Origin: a virus
Lineage: Duplodnaviria; Caudoviricetes
Strand: one strand, 5' to 3'
Length of the DNA: 64,000 nt
Virus record (IMG/VR): IMGVR_UViG_3300021511_000006
Coordinates: 1 to 64,000 of that record
Shown piece by piece: positions 1 through 9,914 of this stretch. Under the pieces are notes generated by a model, which was given only the letters and a program-made list of their open reading frames with translations, made no database searches and had not been told where the DNA came from. Numbering within the stretch: the first letter of the stretch is position 1; each line of letters begins with the position of its first letter. The translations under genes and the position numbers were made by a program.

Positions 1-2
1 CG

Positions 3-1286
3 TCAGGAACTGGCGGGACATCTGGTTCAAGTGGAAACTCGGGAACATCTGGTAGTTCAGGAACCAGTGGAAACTCGGGAACATCTGGTAGTTCAGGAGC
101 AGCAGGAACATCAGGATCATCAGGAACAGCAGGAACTAGCGGATTAGATGGTGATAGATATGCTACCGATTCAACTTCAACAATTTCATTAGATTCAACA
201 TCAAATTTTCCATTAACAGTAGACACAGATTTGGCTTATACAGTTGGACAGTCTGTTGTTGTTGCATATGATGAAGATAATAAAGTGGAAGGGACTGTTA
301 TTTCATATAACCCAACCACTGGAGAAATGGTGGTTGACCCAGAAACTATAACTGGAAGTGGTACATATAATGATTGGGAAGTTAACTTGGTCGGTGCTTC
401 TGGTCCGGCAGGTCCTCCTGGAGAATCCGGAACATCAGGAACATCTGGTTCAAGTGGAAGTTCAGGAAGCTCTGGAACATCTGGCTCATCAGGAACTTCA
501 GGAAACTCTGGAACATCAGGATCAAGTGGTGTGTCAGGCACAAGTGGAAGTTCTGGTACAGCAGGCACAAGTGGAAGTTCAGGAAGTTCAGGCACAAGTG
601 GAAGTTCAGGGGTGTCAGGCACAAGTGGTAGTTCAGGAGTATCTGGGACATCTGGTTCATCAGGAGTATCTGGAACCAGTGGAAGCTCAGGACAATCTGG
701 TACATCTGGCTCATCAGGTTCAAGTGGTACATCAGGAACTTCCGGTACAAGTGGAAGCTCCGGAGCAGCAGGAACATCAGGTTCAAGTGGTACATCAGGT
801 AGTTCAGGAGAAGCAGGAACATCAGGATCATCAGGAACAGCAGGAACATCAGGTACAAGTGCTGATGGAGTTTATTATGATTCAACTGCAAATGAAGTTG
901 TTTACTATGATGAAGATAGACTTAAAACCCTTTCTGTTTCTATAACAGAATATGGTGGAGGTAGAGATTCAATTTCTACTACTAACCAATATTTAAGATC
1001 ATATGATGGTTCACCATTGAATTTAAATGGTTATGCTCTACCTTGGGATGCAACATTGGTTGCCATTTCAGTATCAGGTCAGAAAGCAAATCAAACATAT
1101 ACGATTGAAATCAGACGAAATGATTTGGCAGCAGTTATTGATTCTTTAACTGTAACAAATGTAAGAGAGAATCATGATGCTACAAAAGATACAGATTTCA
1201 ATGAAGGTGATAGAATCCAATTCTATTGCAACGGAACAAGTATTGATAGACCATTAGTCACAGCTTATTTTAGGAGAAGAATCTAA
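3..1286 (+). CDS. Gly-Ser/Thr triplet-repeat (collagen-like) virion fibre protein, 5' truncated by the window edge
   Basis: Frame is open from position 3 (SGTGGTSGSSGN...DRYATDSTSTISLD...LAYTVGQ), so the TTG at 231 is internal. Two G-X-Y blocks flank a globular DRYAT...YTVGQ domain. The stop abuts the next ATG. Confidence 0.75.
   Translation, partial: SGTGGTSGSSGNSGTSGSSGTSGNSGTSGSSGAAGTSGSSGTAGTSGLDGDRYATDSTSTISLDSTSNFPLTVDTDLAYTVGQSVVVAYDEDNKVEGTVISYNPTTGEMVVDPETITGSGTYNDWEVNLVGASGPAGPPGESGTSGTSGSSGSSGSSGTSGSSGTSGNSGTSGSSGVSGTSGSSGTAGTSGSSGSSGTSGSSGVSGTSGSSGVSGTSGSSGVSGTSGSSGQSGTSGSSGSSGTSGTSGTSGSSGAAGTSGSSGTSGSSGEAGTSGSSGTAGTSGTSADGVYYDSTANEVVYYDEDRLKTLSVSITEYGGGRDSISTTNQYLRSYDGSPLNLNGYALPWDATLVAISVSGQKANQTYTIEIRRNDLAAVIDSLTVTNVRENHDATKDTDFNEGDRIQFYCNGTSIDRPLVTAYFRRRI
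6..152 (+). repeat. Degenerate codon-level repeat encoding (G-S/T-S)n
   Basis: Recurrent tcaggaaca / tctggtagt units visible directly. Confidence 0.9.
402..860 (+). repeat. About 50 Gly-X-Y triplets (mostly GTS/GSS)
   Basis: Translation GPAGPPGESGTSGTSGSSGSSG...GTS. Confidence 0.95.
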
Positions 1287-4091
1287 ATGGCATTTAGAAT
1301 AACTACAACAGGTACTCAATCCCCAATTGTTTTTGGGGATCTGGGTGGTGTTTCATTTACACATCCGGTGGTTGATTATGACTTAGAAAATGATTTTGCA
1401 GAAGAAGATATAAGATCATCGGATGAAGTCCAAAGCGCAATTGACAGTGGTTGGATTACTGTCGTTGATGTATATGGTTCGCCGATTACACAAACCCGTG
1501 GTGCGGTTTCACATAATGAAATTGCCGGGTTAAATCATGATGATCATACACAATATGCTAAGACAGAAGGTTCGTCGAGAGCTGTATTTGATATTAATAA
1601 TGCATCAGAAGGTCAAAGACTTCTATATGATTCTACTGCAGATATATGGTATAATATTGATATAACAGTAGGAGTTGCTCCGTCTGTTAGTTGTGGACAG
1701 TGGGAATTTGATGATAAGATAGCTGAAGCTGATCCTACTAATGGCAAGTTTAGATTAGATGCTGCTCTATTAGCAAATGTTACAGAAATTTATATTGATA
1801 CTAACACTAACAGCGGAACTAATGTTTCAAATTTTCTGACAACTCTAATTGAAATTGGAGATATTATATATGCTCAACAAACGGATGATGGTAATAGATT
1901 TGGAATGTATGAAATTGATTCAATTACTCTTGTTGGAGGATCAACTGGTTATGTTAAATATGAAGTAACATATCTAGATGAAGGTGCATTTACTGACTTT
2001 AAGAAAAAGAAAGATTATTTATTATGTTTTGCTAAACAAGGAAAAGATGGAACATCAGGAACAAGCGGAACATCTGGAAGCTCTGGAGTTGCAGGTACAT
2101 CAGGTTCGAGTGGATCTAGTGGTTCTTCGGGAGAATCAGGAACAAGTGGATCGTCTGGCATCTCTGGTACATCAGGTTCGAGTGGAGATTCAGGAACTAG
2201 CGGTACATCAGGTACATCAGGGTCATCTGGAACATCGGGGGTAAACGGAAATGATGGTACATCGGGTAGTTCAGGCAGTTCAGGAACTTCGGGTTCGAGT
2301 GGGACTTCCGGTATTGATGGAACGTCTGGTTCAAGTGGTTCATCAGGATCTTCTGGTAGTTCAGGTACATCCGGATCATCAGGTTCTTCAGGAACTAGTG
2401 GAAGTTCAGGAACTTCCGGAATAGATGGTACCTCAGGATCTTCAGGAACTAGTGGTAGTTCAGGATCCAGCGGTTCATCAGGTAGTTCAGGAACATCACA
2501 AACTCCAGATGATCTAGCAACTGTTCAAGTGAGACGATCAACTAATTATACACTAACAACATCATGGGCAGATATAGTTTTTGATATAACTGATATTGAA
2601 AATGATTCATCTGTCTTAGAGCATAATAATATAAGTACACAAAGAATTGATATAAAAGAAGCTGGAATGTATATGTTATCATTTTCTACTTCAATTGATG
2701 CTGATACAGGCGAGGATGATTTTGATTTCAGATGTTACAAAAATGGGACTACAGTTATCCCCGGAAGTCTAAGAAAAATTAGTGAAGATGACGAGATCAA
2801 TGATGCTGGAAATATTTGTTATTATGAATTTGCAGCTAATGACTATATAACATTTCAATGTAAAGCTACAGGTGGAACAAATATATTAATCCCAGAAAGT
2901 ACATATACTGTAATGAGAATTCAAGGACCAAAGGGTGATATTGGTAGTGCTGGAACATCCGGCACAAGTGGTCAACAAGGTCCAGTCGGATCAGGAAGTT
3001 CAATAACCATTTTAGACAACGGTGTATTTGTTCCTAATACTCCTCATTCAGCTTTAGATTTTGAGGGCACTGCTGTAGATATAACAGATCAAGGAGATGG
3101 TACAGCTACGATTAATATTGATCTTGGTATTTCAGAATATTTTGATGGTTACTATCAAGGTGGTGCTGCAATTGGTACTGGTTGGACTGATATGCCAATT
3201 GATAATGAAAGAGAAAAGACATCTGCTTTTACACACACAGGATCATCAGCAGAAGTTACAATTTCCGAGGCTGGAATATATATTGTTCATTATAAAGTGA
3301 CAACAATGGTTACTTCGGGTACTGCTCGTGCTGAATGTGAATCTCGATTAGCACTTGATTCAGGAGGTGGTTATGCTGAAATTCCTGGAAGTAAATCAGA
3401 ACATTACAACAGACTGTTAAATTATGGAGCTTCAGCACAAACTCCATTGGTATTAGATCTTGCCGCAGGTGATAAATTAAAAGTTCAATCAATCAAAACT
3501 CGAGGCACTGGAAATACAATTCAATTTGGTGAAGATAACAGTCTTGTAATTTATACTGCTCCTGCAAAAGGGCCAAAAGGGGATGTTGGTCCAGCAGGTT
3601 CTGGCACTACTGTAAATGTAAAAGAAGATAATGTATCTGTAGCAAATACACCACATTCAAGTTTGAACTTTGAGGGTATGGAAGCGGATGATGCCGGTAG
3701 TGGTCAAGTAGATATTAAGAATGTGTATGGTTCTGAATTTCAAGAATCATCTTCTGATGCTGAATCTTCAACTACAAGTACAACGTTCCAACAAAAATTA
3801 AGAATGACTACACCAAGTTTACCATCTGGAAAATATCATATAGGTTTTTATTTAGAGACATGGCAATCAAATGCTTCTGATGCAGTAGAATGGCAGGTAG
3901 AATTAAATGATACAACTGTACTTGCCACCGCACAACAAGAACCAGATGATCTTAATGACAGATTTTCATATGGCGGTTATATGTACCAGACTATTTCTGG
4001 TGTAAATAATATAGATATTGATTACAGACAACAACGAGGTTCTACTGCTTATATAAGAAGAGCTAGATTAGAGCTATGGAGGGTTTCATAA
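1287..4091 (+). CDS. Tail fibre/adhesin-like protein with Gly-Ser/Thr repeat, C1q/BclA-like beta domains and a duplicated linker
   Basis: GLNHDDHTQY fibre motif; long G-X-Y block; two C1q-like segments (RIDIKEAGMYMLSFS; VTISEAGIYIVHYKV); duplicated GPKGD(I/V)G...NTPHS(A/S)L(D/N)FEG linker. Confidence 0.7.
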   Translation: MAFRITTTGTQSPIVFGDLGGVSFTHPVVDYDLENDFAEEDIRSSDEVQSAIDSGWITVVDVYGSPITQTRGAVSHNEIAGLNHDDHTQYAKTEGSSRAVFDINNASEGQRLLYDSTADIWYNIDITVGVAPSVSCGQWEFDDKIAEADPTNGKFRLDAALLANVTEIYIDTNTNSGTNVSNFLTTLIEIGDIIYAQQTDDGNRFGMYEIDSITLVGGSTGYVKYEVTYLDEGAFTDFKKKKDYLLCFAKQGKDGTSGTSGTSGSSGVAGTSGSSGSSGSSGESGTSGSSGISGTSGSSGDSGTSGTSGTSGSSGTSGVNGNDGTSGSSGSSGTSGSSGTSGIDGTSGSSGSSGSSGSSGTSGSSGSSGTSGSSGTSGIDGTSGSSGTSGSSGSSGSSGSSGTSQTPDDLATVQVRRSTNYTLTTSWADIVFDITDIENDSSVLEHNNISTQRIDIKEAGMYMLSFSTSIDADTGEDDFDFRCYKNGTTVIPGSLRKISEDDEINDAGNICYYEFAANDYITFQCKATGGTNILIPESTYTVMRIQGPKGDIGSAGTSGTSGQQGPVGSGSSITILDNGVFVPNTPHSALDFEGTAVDITDQGDGTATINIDLGISEYFDGYYQGGAAIGTGWTDMPIDNEREKTSAFTHTGSSAEVTISEAGIYIVHYKVTTMVTSGTARAECESRLALDSGGGYAEIPGSKSEHYNRLLNYGASAQTPLVLDLAAGDKLKVQSIKTRGTGNTIQFGEDNSLVIYTAPAKGPKGDVGPAGSGTTVNVKEDNVSVANTPHSSLNFEGMEADDAGSGQVDIKNVYGSEFQESSSDAESSTTSTTFQQKLRMTTPSLPSGKYHIGFYLETWQSNASDAVEWQVELNDTTVLATAQQEPDDLNDRFSYGGYMYQTISGVNNIDIDYRQQRGSTAYIRRARLELWRVS
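2040..2498 (+). repeat. About 50 Gly-X-Y triplets (mostly GTS/GSS)
   Basis: Translation GKDGTSGTSGTSGSSGVAG...GTS. Confidence 0.95.
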
Positions 4092-4945
4092 TGGCTGAAA
4101 AATATTCGTTTGGAATATCAGATGAATTTCCATATAAAAAAGTTGATACGAGTAGATTATCTAAAGAAATATCAGAATCAACCATAACAACATCGCTAGA
4201 TTATATTAACTCAAATAATATTATATGTGATGTATGGTTTAAAGATGTTCTAACTTCAGATAGTTCAGCTACTCTAAATGTGATTATTTCTGAACACGAT
4301 GGAGAACCATTACCAGAAGAAATAGCTCCAACAATGAAGGATGGTAGACCTATTGTTAGAGCTGATTCAAGACCTCTAAATACAGAAACATATTTTACAA
4401 TGGCTGGAGATGATAGTACTAGTATTGGAGGCGGCGCAGTAATGGTATGGGATTTTTCAAATAACGATAATATATATGAAGGACCGGAAATTCCATCGGG
4501 ATTTAAAGCCAAAAAACTTTCTATGACGTTTCATTGTCCTATCTATTTAAAAGATGGAACTGTATATTTCTTTGACGCTCCGTGGGGGTGTTATATGAAT
4601 ATGTTTATTGGTATTCCTGCTAATTCATATTATCCAAATCCTGCTGGGTCTATTCCTGCATCTGCACTGGGATTATCAAGCAATAATATGTATGCATATA
4701 CTACTGAAGAAATGGCATACCAATGTTATCTTAATAAGCATCATATGTATGGTGATTGCCCAATGGGAGATGAATTAAATGCAGAAGGTGCAGCAGTTAA
4801 TGCTGTTCCAGTTGGATGGAAAGTTTGTGGATTAATTGTAACACCAGATAGTGATAATGTAAGTAAAGGGTATGCTTCATTAGAATTATATAGATGTCAT
4901 ACTATGTTATTACCAGGGCAAACTATAGAAACTTTACATGATTAA
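4091..4945 (+). CDS. Hypothetical protein, probably virion-associated
   Basis: TAATG coupling to the upstream fibre gene gives start MAEKYSFG; structural-gene context. Confidence 0.6.
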   Translation: MAEKYSFGISDEFPYKKVDTSRLSKEISESTITTSLDYINSNNIICDVWFKDVLTSDSSATLNVIISEHDGEPLPEEIAPTMKDGRPIVRADSRPLNTETYFTMAGDDSTSIGGGAVMVWDFSNNDNIYEGPEIPSGFKAKKLSMTFHCPIYLKDGTVYFFDAPWGCYMNMFIGIPANSYYPNPAGSIPASALGLSSNNMYAYTTEEMAYQCYLNKHHMYGDCPMGDELNAEGAAVNAVPVGWKVCGLIVTPDSDNVSKGYASLELYRCHTMLLPGQTIETLHD

Positions 4946-4958
4946 AGGAGAATGAGTT

Positions 4959-5477
4959 ATGATACATGGAGTAAAAGATAAACCAGTTGATGAGCATTTT
5001 ACTGTATCAGATGCAGCTGGTAATTTGATATCTGGTATTGATACTACATCGTTTACAGTTTATATATATAATCCATCTGGTAATAATGTAGCTGGTTCTC
5101 TATCGGACTTTTTTACTGAACTTGGAGATGGTAGTTATAAATATACTTTTACTCCAGGTGTAAATGGAGTTTGGTATGTAAACGTAACGCATCCAACTTA
5201 TTTTCCTTGGGGCAAAACTGATGATATATATGTTGACGAGACTGACCTTTCTGGTATTTATGAAATTGTAAGAAAGACACTTGGTCTTGTTCATCACAAT
5301 TTTTATATAGATGAAGCACAGTATGACGAGTTTGGAAATTTAATTTCTTCAAGAGTAAGGATTTATTCTGATGCTGCATCAGTTGGAACAAATAATAATG
5401 TAACAGAAACATACTTGATTACTGCAGATGGAACAGCTTGTGGTCAATTTTCTTATTGGCGACAAGTACAGATATAA
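4959..5477 (+). CDS. Hypothetical protein, probably virion-associated
   Basis: AAGGAG Shine-Dalgarno; 172 aa, beta-rich; structural context. Confidence 0.6.
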   Translation: MIHGVKDKPVDEHFTVSDAAGNLISGIDTTSFTVYIYNPSGNNVAGSLSDFFTELGDGSYKYTFTPGVNGVWYVNVTHPTYFPWGKTDDIYVDETDLSGIYEIVRKTLGLVHHNFYIDEAQYDEFGNLISSRVRIYSDAASVGTNNNVTETYLITADGTACGQFSYWRQVQI

Positions 5478-5489
5478 AGGAATCATAAA

Positions 5490-6359
5490 ATGATTACATG
5501 TCTAGTTTGTGCAAAAAAATTTAAAATAGTTAGTCCAAGTCATTTAAAGTATAAACATCATATGACAGTTAAAGATTATTTGAAAAAATTTCCCGGATGT
5601 GAAACTGGATATGATTCTATGTGTGAGATACAAAAACAAACAAATTTAAAAAAATATGGTATTGAAAATGTTTCATATTTAGAAAAAGTTAAGAAGAAAA
5701 TAGTTGAAGCAAATATAGGGAATAAACATAAAGAAATAAGTAAGTTGAAAATGAGTAAGTCTCACAAATGTAAAATCATAACTAAGAAGCATAGAAAAAA
5801 TATTTCTAAAGGTGTAAAATTATCTATAGAAAAGATAAATGAAAGATATCCATTTTTTTCTAAAATAGAAGAAATAAGATATAATCCAGAAAAACTAAAT
5901 GATAAGGAAATACAAGTTCATTGTAAAAATCATAAGTGTGAAAATTCAAAAGAAAAAGGCGGATGGTTTACTCCGAAAAATACTCAAATGTCTGAAAGGA
6001 TACGACAACTTAATAATGGGAATGATGGATCATATTTTTATTGTTCCGAAGAATGTAAAGACGATTGTCCTCTTTTTAATTTAAGACCTGACTATATTTT
6101 AAATGATAAACAATCAAAGAAAGTATATACAAGTGAAGAGTATCAAACTTTTAGATCTTTTGTTTTAGAAAGAGATAATCATATTTGTCAATACTGTGGG
6201 GAAAAAGCAACAGATGTTCATCATGAAAGACCTCAAAAATTAGAACCATTCTTTGCGCTTGATCCAGATTGTGCATGGTCTTGTTGTAAAAAATGTCATT
6301 ATAAATATGGTCATAAGGATGAATGTTCAACTGGAGTGTTAGCACATTTAAGTTGTTAG
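5490..6359 (+). CDS. HNH homing endonuclease with N-terminal zinc finger
   Basis: CxxC...HLKxKH N-terminus; ERDNHICQYCG...VHH...CKKCH HNH core. Confidence 0.85.
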   Translation: MITCLVCAKKFKIVSPSHLKYKHHMTVKDYLKKFPGCETGYDSMCEIQKQTNLKKYGIENVSYLEKVKKKIVEANIGNKHKEISKLKMSKSHKCKIITKKHRKNISKGVKLSIEKINERYPFFSKIEEIRYNPEKLNDKEIQVHCKNHKCENSKEKGGWFTPKNTQMSERIRQLNNGNDGSYFYCSEECKDDCPLFNLRPDYILNDKQSKKVYTSEEYQTFRSFVLERDNHICQYCGEKATDVHHERPQKLEPFFALDPDCAWSCCKKCHYKYGHKDECSTGVLAHLSC

Positions 6360-6365
6360 TAAGTT

Positions 6366-6381
6366 TAGAACAAAATATAAA
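6366..6381 (+). promoter_or_regulatory. Motif L (TAGAACAAAATATAAA), candidate late promoter
   Basis: Intergenic, just upstream of the 6400 ORF; recurs upstream of several other genes. Confidence 0.6.
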
Positions 6382-6399
6382 AAAGGAACAAATAATAAA

Positions 6400-6600
6400 A
6401 TGGTAAATATAGCAACACTTGGTATGTTCAAAAGTTGTTGTGGGGGAGCTCCGGGAGGTGGAGGAGCACCGCCATATAGGCAAAATGCAGAAGAGTCTGT
6501 AACGCCAGTTATATTTATTCGTAACGTTAAGATGGTTACTATAAATTCACCTGAAGATTTATTAAGTAAAATACATATAAGACTTAAGGATAACGATTAA
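6400..6600 (+). CDS. Small Gly-rich hypothetical protein
   Basis: 66 aa ORF downstream of motif L. Confidence 0.6.
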   Translation: MVNIATLGMFKSCCGGAPGGGGAPPYRQNAEESVTPVIFIRNVKMVTINSPEDLLSKIHIRLKDND

Positions 6601-6615
6601 TGGAGGTCCTTTAAA

Positions 6616-7386
6616 ATGTTAAAGTTAAATGTCAATCAAGAGAAACAATTAAATTTTGAAATGCAGATCGGTGGGGTTCAAGCCGATCAAGTCTCTAGTT
6701 TTCTCAGAATTGAAATTGATGAAATTGAATATGGGTTTCCTGCACAAGTAGGACAAGAATCAGTTACTGTTAGCCTTCCTGCGTTAAGAACAGTAACTGC
6801 AAGGAAATTAAAAGAAGGCGAAGAAGTAAATGTTAAACTCGAAATTGTAGCAGATGGTCATTATCTAACACCATGGAAAGATACATTCACACTATCTAAT
6901 CCGTTGGTTGTTGAAGCAAAAATTATAGATGATGATTTTAATCCAACACCTGCATTTAAAACTAAACTTGTATCAAAGGGTAGTTCGGGAGATAGAAGTC
7001 AAGGTGTTGTGGTTGAAAGAGCCGAAGCAGAAGAAAAAGTTCCAACTATAACTGAAAGTGAAGACGAAATGACTGAAAAAATAGTTAATAAACTTGCAGA
7101 GAAATTAAGTTCTGTATTTGAAGGCAGAAGTGATAAAGCAGTTAAGAAAGAAAAAGTTATTGAGGAAAAAGTAGTTAAAGAAGAAAAAGAAGTTGAACCG
7201 AAACCGATAAAGAAAATAGATGTAAAAAATATTACTAAAGAAGGTGTTTACAATTATATGACAAGATCTGGCACAAAAAATGAGAAAGTTCAAAAACTTA
7301 TTTATGAGCAAGCTGAAGCTGAAGCTGGATCGTCTATTCCTGTTGAAGTATTAAAGCAAGTTGTTAAAGTTCTGAAAAGTAAATAA
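6616..7386 (+). CDS. Hypothetical protein
   Basis: GGAGG Shine-Dalgarno; 256 aa with charged C-terminal half. Confidence 0.7.
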   Translation: MLKLNVNQEKQLNFEMQIGGVQADQVSSFLRIEIDEIEYGFPAQVGQESVTVSLPALRTVTARKLKEGEEVNVKLEIVADGHYLTPWKDTFTLSNPLVVEAKIIDDDFNPTPAFKTKLVSKGSSGDRSQGVVVERAEAEEKVPTITESEDEMTEKIVNKLAEKLSSVFEGRSDKAVKKEKVIEEKVVKEEKEVEPKPIKKIDVKNITKEGVYNYMTRSGTKNEKVQKLIYEQAEAEAGSSIPVEVLKQVVKVLKSK

Positions 7387-7405
7387 TGACTGGAGGTGAT
7401 ACTTT

Positions 7406-7501
7406 TTGCGAGGATGTATTCGGTTAATTTGGAGACTAAGGCGTAAATATCAAATTAAAAAGCATGGATTTTGTAAGATACCAAATAAACTAAAAATGTA
7501 A
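7406..7501 (+). CDS. Possible 31-aa basic peptide (TTG start), not in the ORF track
   Basis: GGAGGTGA at 7392-7399, 6 nt before TTG; MRGCIRLIWRLRRKYQIKKHGFCKIPNKLKM fills the intergenic gap. Confidence 0.4.
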   Translation: MRGCIRLIWRLRRKYQIKKHGFCKIPNKLKM

Positions 7502-7519
7502 ATAGTGGGATCTCGAACA

Positions 7520-7933
7520 ATGGCTAATTTATTTCGATTAAGAAGAAGCGATCAAGGAACAGAAGGATTGTTTGTAAGTGAAGATTTTCATTGTCGAACT
7601 CTTGAGTTACCTTGGAGATATAATAAAAGACAAATATCTTGTATTCCATCTGGCGAGTATAATGTGGAAATAAGGTATTCAAATAAATATGGTAGAATTT
7701 ATTGGGTAAGACATGTTCCCAATCGAACTTATATTTTACTTCATGCTGGTAATTATGGTGGTGATAAAAGTAAAAACTATAAAACACATACAATGGGTTG
7801 TATACTATTAGGAAAGAAGAGAGGCTCTTTGGGAGGACAAGTTGCTGTGTTAAATTCAAGAGTTGCTCTTAGACAGTTTATGGAATATATGGAATATGAA
7901 CCATTTACATTAAGAATACAGGAAACATTTTAA
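7520..7933 (+). CDS. DUF5675-family protein (putative cell-wall enzyme)
   Basis: TLELPW...SCIPSGEY...HAGN...TMGCILLG motifs characteristic of DUF5675. Confidence 0.8.
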   Translation: MANLFRLRRSDQGTEGLFVSEDFHCRTLELPWRYNKRQISCIPSGEYNVEIRYSNKYGRIYWVRHVPNRTYILLHAGNYGGDKSKNYKTHTMGCILLGKKRGSLGGQVAVLNSRVALRQFMEYMEYEPFTLRIQETF

Positions 7934-8718
7934 TGAAAATACAACTTTGTGAATATGGATGTGGACAAGAAGCTAAACATCAATTTAAAAACGGTAAGTG
8001 GTGTTGTTCTAAATATCATAGTTCATGTCCACAAATAAAAAAGGTTAAAATAGGTTCAAAACTATCTGAAAACCATAAGAAAAAAATAAGAGATACTATG
8101 AAAAATAAAGAAATTAGAGAAACAATAAGAAAAGCAAATTTAGGTAATAATAATCCAAATTGGAAAGGTGGTTATGATAAAAATAACATTCCTAGTTATG
8201 ATGTTTATGCACACCAAATTTCGTATGCTGAAAAAGTTAGAAGAAATAAAGATGATAAAAATATTCTAGAAGTTAAATGTGCTTATTGTGGAAAATGGTA
8301 TATATCAAAATTAAGCTTTATTGGATATAGAATAGTATGTTTAAATAATTTGCAGCGTGGAGAGGGGCGACTTTATTGTTCTGATAAATGTAAAATTGAA
8401 TGTCCGATTTATAATAGAACTGAATGGCCTAACGGGATCAATCCACAAAATAATTCTAGAGAAGTACAACCTGAACTTCGACAAATGAGATTTGAAGTTG
8501 ATAATTATACTTGTCAAAAATGTGGTAAACATCAAGATGAGCTTACAGTGGGTTTACATTGTCACCATTTAGAGGGTATTAGATGGGAACCTTTAGAGTC
8601 AGCTGATATAGATAAAGTTATTACTTTATGTAAAAATTGTCATTTGGAAGTTCATAAAATAGAAGGATGTGGTTATAACGATATGAAATGCGGAGAGGAG
8701 GAAAAAGTAGCATGGTAG
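7933..8718 (+). CDS. HNH homing endonuclease with NUMOD3-like segment
   Basis: CEYGCGQEA N-terminus; NPNWKGG; YTCQKCG...HCHH...LCKNCH. Confidence 0.85.
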   Translation: MKIQLCEYGCGQEAKHQFKNGKWCCSKYHSSCPQIKKVKIGSKLSENHKKKIRDTMKNKEIRETIRKANLGNNNPNWKGGYDKNNIPSYDVYAHQISYAEKVRRNKDDKNILEVKCAYCGKWYISKLSFIGYRIVCLNNLQRGEGRLYCSDKCKIECPIYNRTEWPNGINPQNNSREVQPELRQMRFEVDNYTCQKCGKHQDELTVGLHCHHLEGIRWEPLESADIDKVITLCKNCHLEVHKIEGCGYNDMKCGEEEKVAW

Positions 8719-9371
8719 GATTAGACATAATTTTAGGGGGAATTACTGGACTTTTGGGAAACTGTCTGACTACGTGGTTCAAATATAAGAATATTAAATT
8801 AGATCACGAACATAAAGAAAAAATGGTAAGTCTTGAAACTCAAGCTATGATTCAAGAATCTCAAATGCAAATTGAAGTAACTAAATCAAGAATTGAAGGT
8901 GAAATTGAATTAGCAGATGCTTCTGCATTTGAAACTTCTCAAAAGATTGGAACACAAAAACTTTTCCATGAAAAATGGATTGATATGATAATGACAGCAG
9001 GAAAAGGAAAATGGTATGGAGGTATACTTCAATTTATTGGTTCAATGATTGCTGCTGGATTCGCTTTAGTTGATTGGTTAAATGGTATGATGAGACCTTC
9101 ACTTACTATTTATCTTGTGGGAGTATCTTCATACATAACAGTATTAGCTTGGGAAATTATGAAAACTCATGGTTTGGATCTTACTGCTGATCAAGCTGTA
9201 GCTATATTTAGTCAAGTATCATCAACTATGATTTATCTTTCAGTTTCATGTGTTACCTGGTGGATGGGCGACAGAACTATGAGTAAGTTTTTACAAGAAA
9301 GAGGGGATAAAAAAATAAGCGGTTATCCAACGAAACCGTCTGGTGGAGGAGGTGGAGATGTGGATCTTTAA
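8712..9371 (+). CDS. Putative holin (3TM holin-like)
   Basis: Several hydrophobic helices with MMRPSLT and WWMGDR motifs typical of 3TM holin-like proteins; next to DUF5675. Confidence 0.6.
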   Translation: MVGLDIILGGITGLLGNCLTTWFKYKNIKLDHEHKEKMVSLETQAMIQESQMQIEVTKSRIEGEIELADASAFETSQKIGTQKLFHEKWIDMIMTAGKGKWYGGILQFIGSMIAAGFALVDWLNGMMRPSLTIYLVGVSSYITVLAWEIMKTHGLDLTADQAVAIFSQVSSTMIYLSVSCVTWWMGDRTMSKFLQERGDKKISGYPTKPSGGGGGDVDL

Positions 9372-9891
9372 AAAGCAACCACTACCACCACCAATATATA
9401 AAAGAAGACCAATTGCGACTGCTGCAATTATTTTATCAATCGTTGCAACATTTGTATTGGGTCCGATTGGTGTTATATATAATAGTATGAGTGAAGAGTT
9501 GAAAACTGTTAGGGAAAAAGTTGAAGTTGTAGAGAAAGAAAAAGTCGATAATAATCTTTTGAAAGAAACTCTTAATGATTTAAAAGAGGATAGAAGAGAT
9601 AGAAATAAAAAAGCTGAAAAACGAGATGAAGCAATACAACAAAATCAACAAGCAATTCAAAAAATATTAATAAGACAAGAACTAGCTGCTCCAAAAAAAT
9701 TTAGAGTAATGGAATCAAATAAAGAATCAGAACCTAAAATGAAAAAAAGTATAACTATTAGAAAGAAGGAAAAACTTAATTTGAGTCCAGATCAGTTTGA
9801 AATATATCTTTCAATGTCTCCAGAAACTCGAGCTAAATATAAAAAATATTTAAGAGATAATGGAAAAGATGTTTCTGGTTTGCCTGATTAA
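9358..9891 (+). CDS. Membrane-anchored coiled-coil protein (possibly lysis-associated)
   Basis: GGAGGT Shine-Dalgarno; one N-terminal hydrophobic helix followed by a coiled coil. Confidence 0.55.
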   Translation: MWIFKKQPLPPPIYKRRPIATAAIILSIVATFVLGPIGVIYNSMSEELKTVREKVEVVEKEKVDNNLLKETLNDLKEDRRDRNKKAEKRDEAIQQNQQAIQKILIRQELAAPKKFRVMESNKESEPKMKKSITIRKKEKLNLSPDQFEIYLSMSPETRAKYKKYLRDNGKDVSGLPD

Positions 9892-9914
9892 TAGAAAATA
9901 AGAAAGGGTTTATA

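Noticed and set aside
236-945. ORFs 236..622(-), 358..945(+) and 382..891(-), plus similar ones at 1978-2379
   Set aside because: Shadow frames created by the Gly-Ser/Thr codon repeat; they overlap a convincing gene and have low-complexity translations
6-2498. Short tandem repeats as a possible CRISPR array
   Set aside because: The units are degenerate, codon-periodic and in frame, with no constant repeat/unique spacer structure and no cas genes
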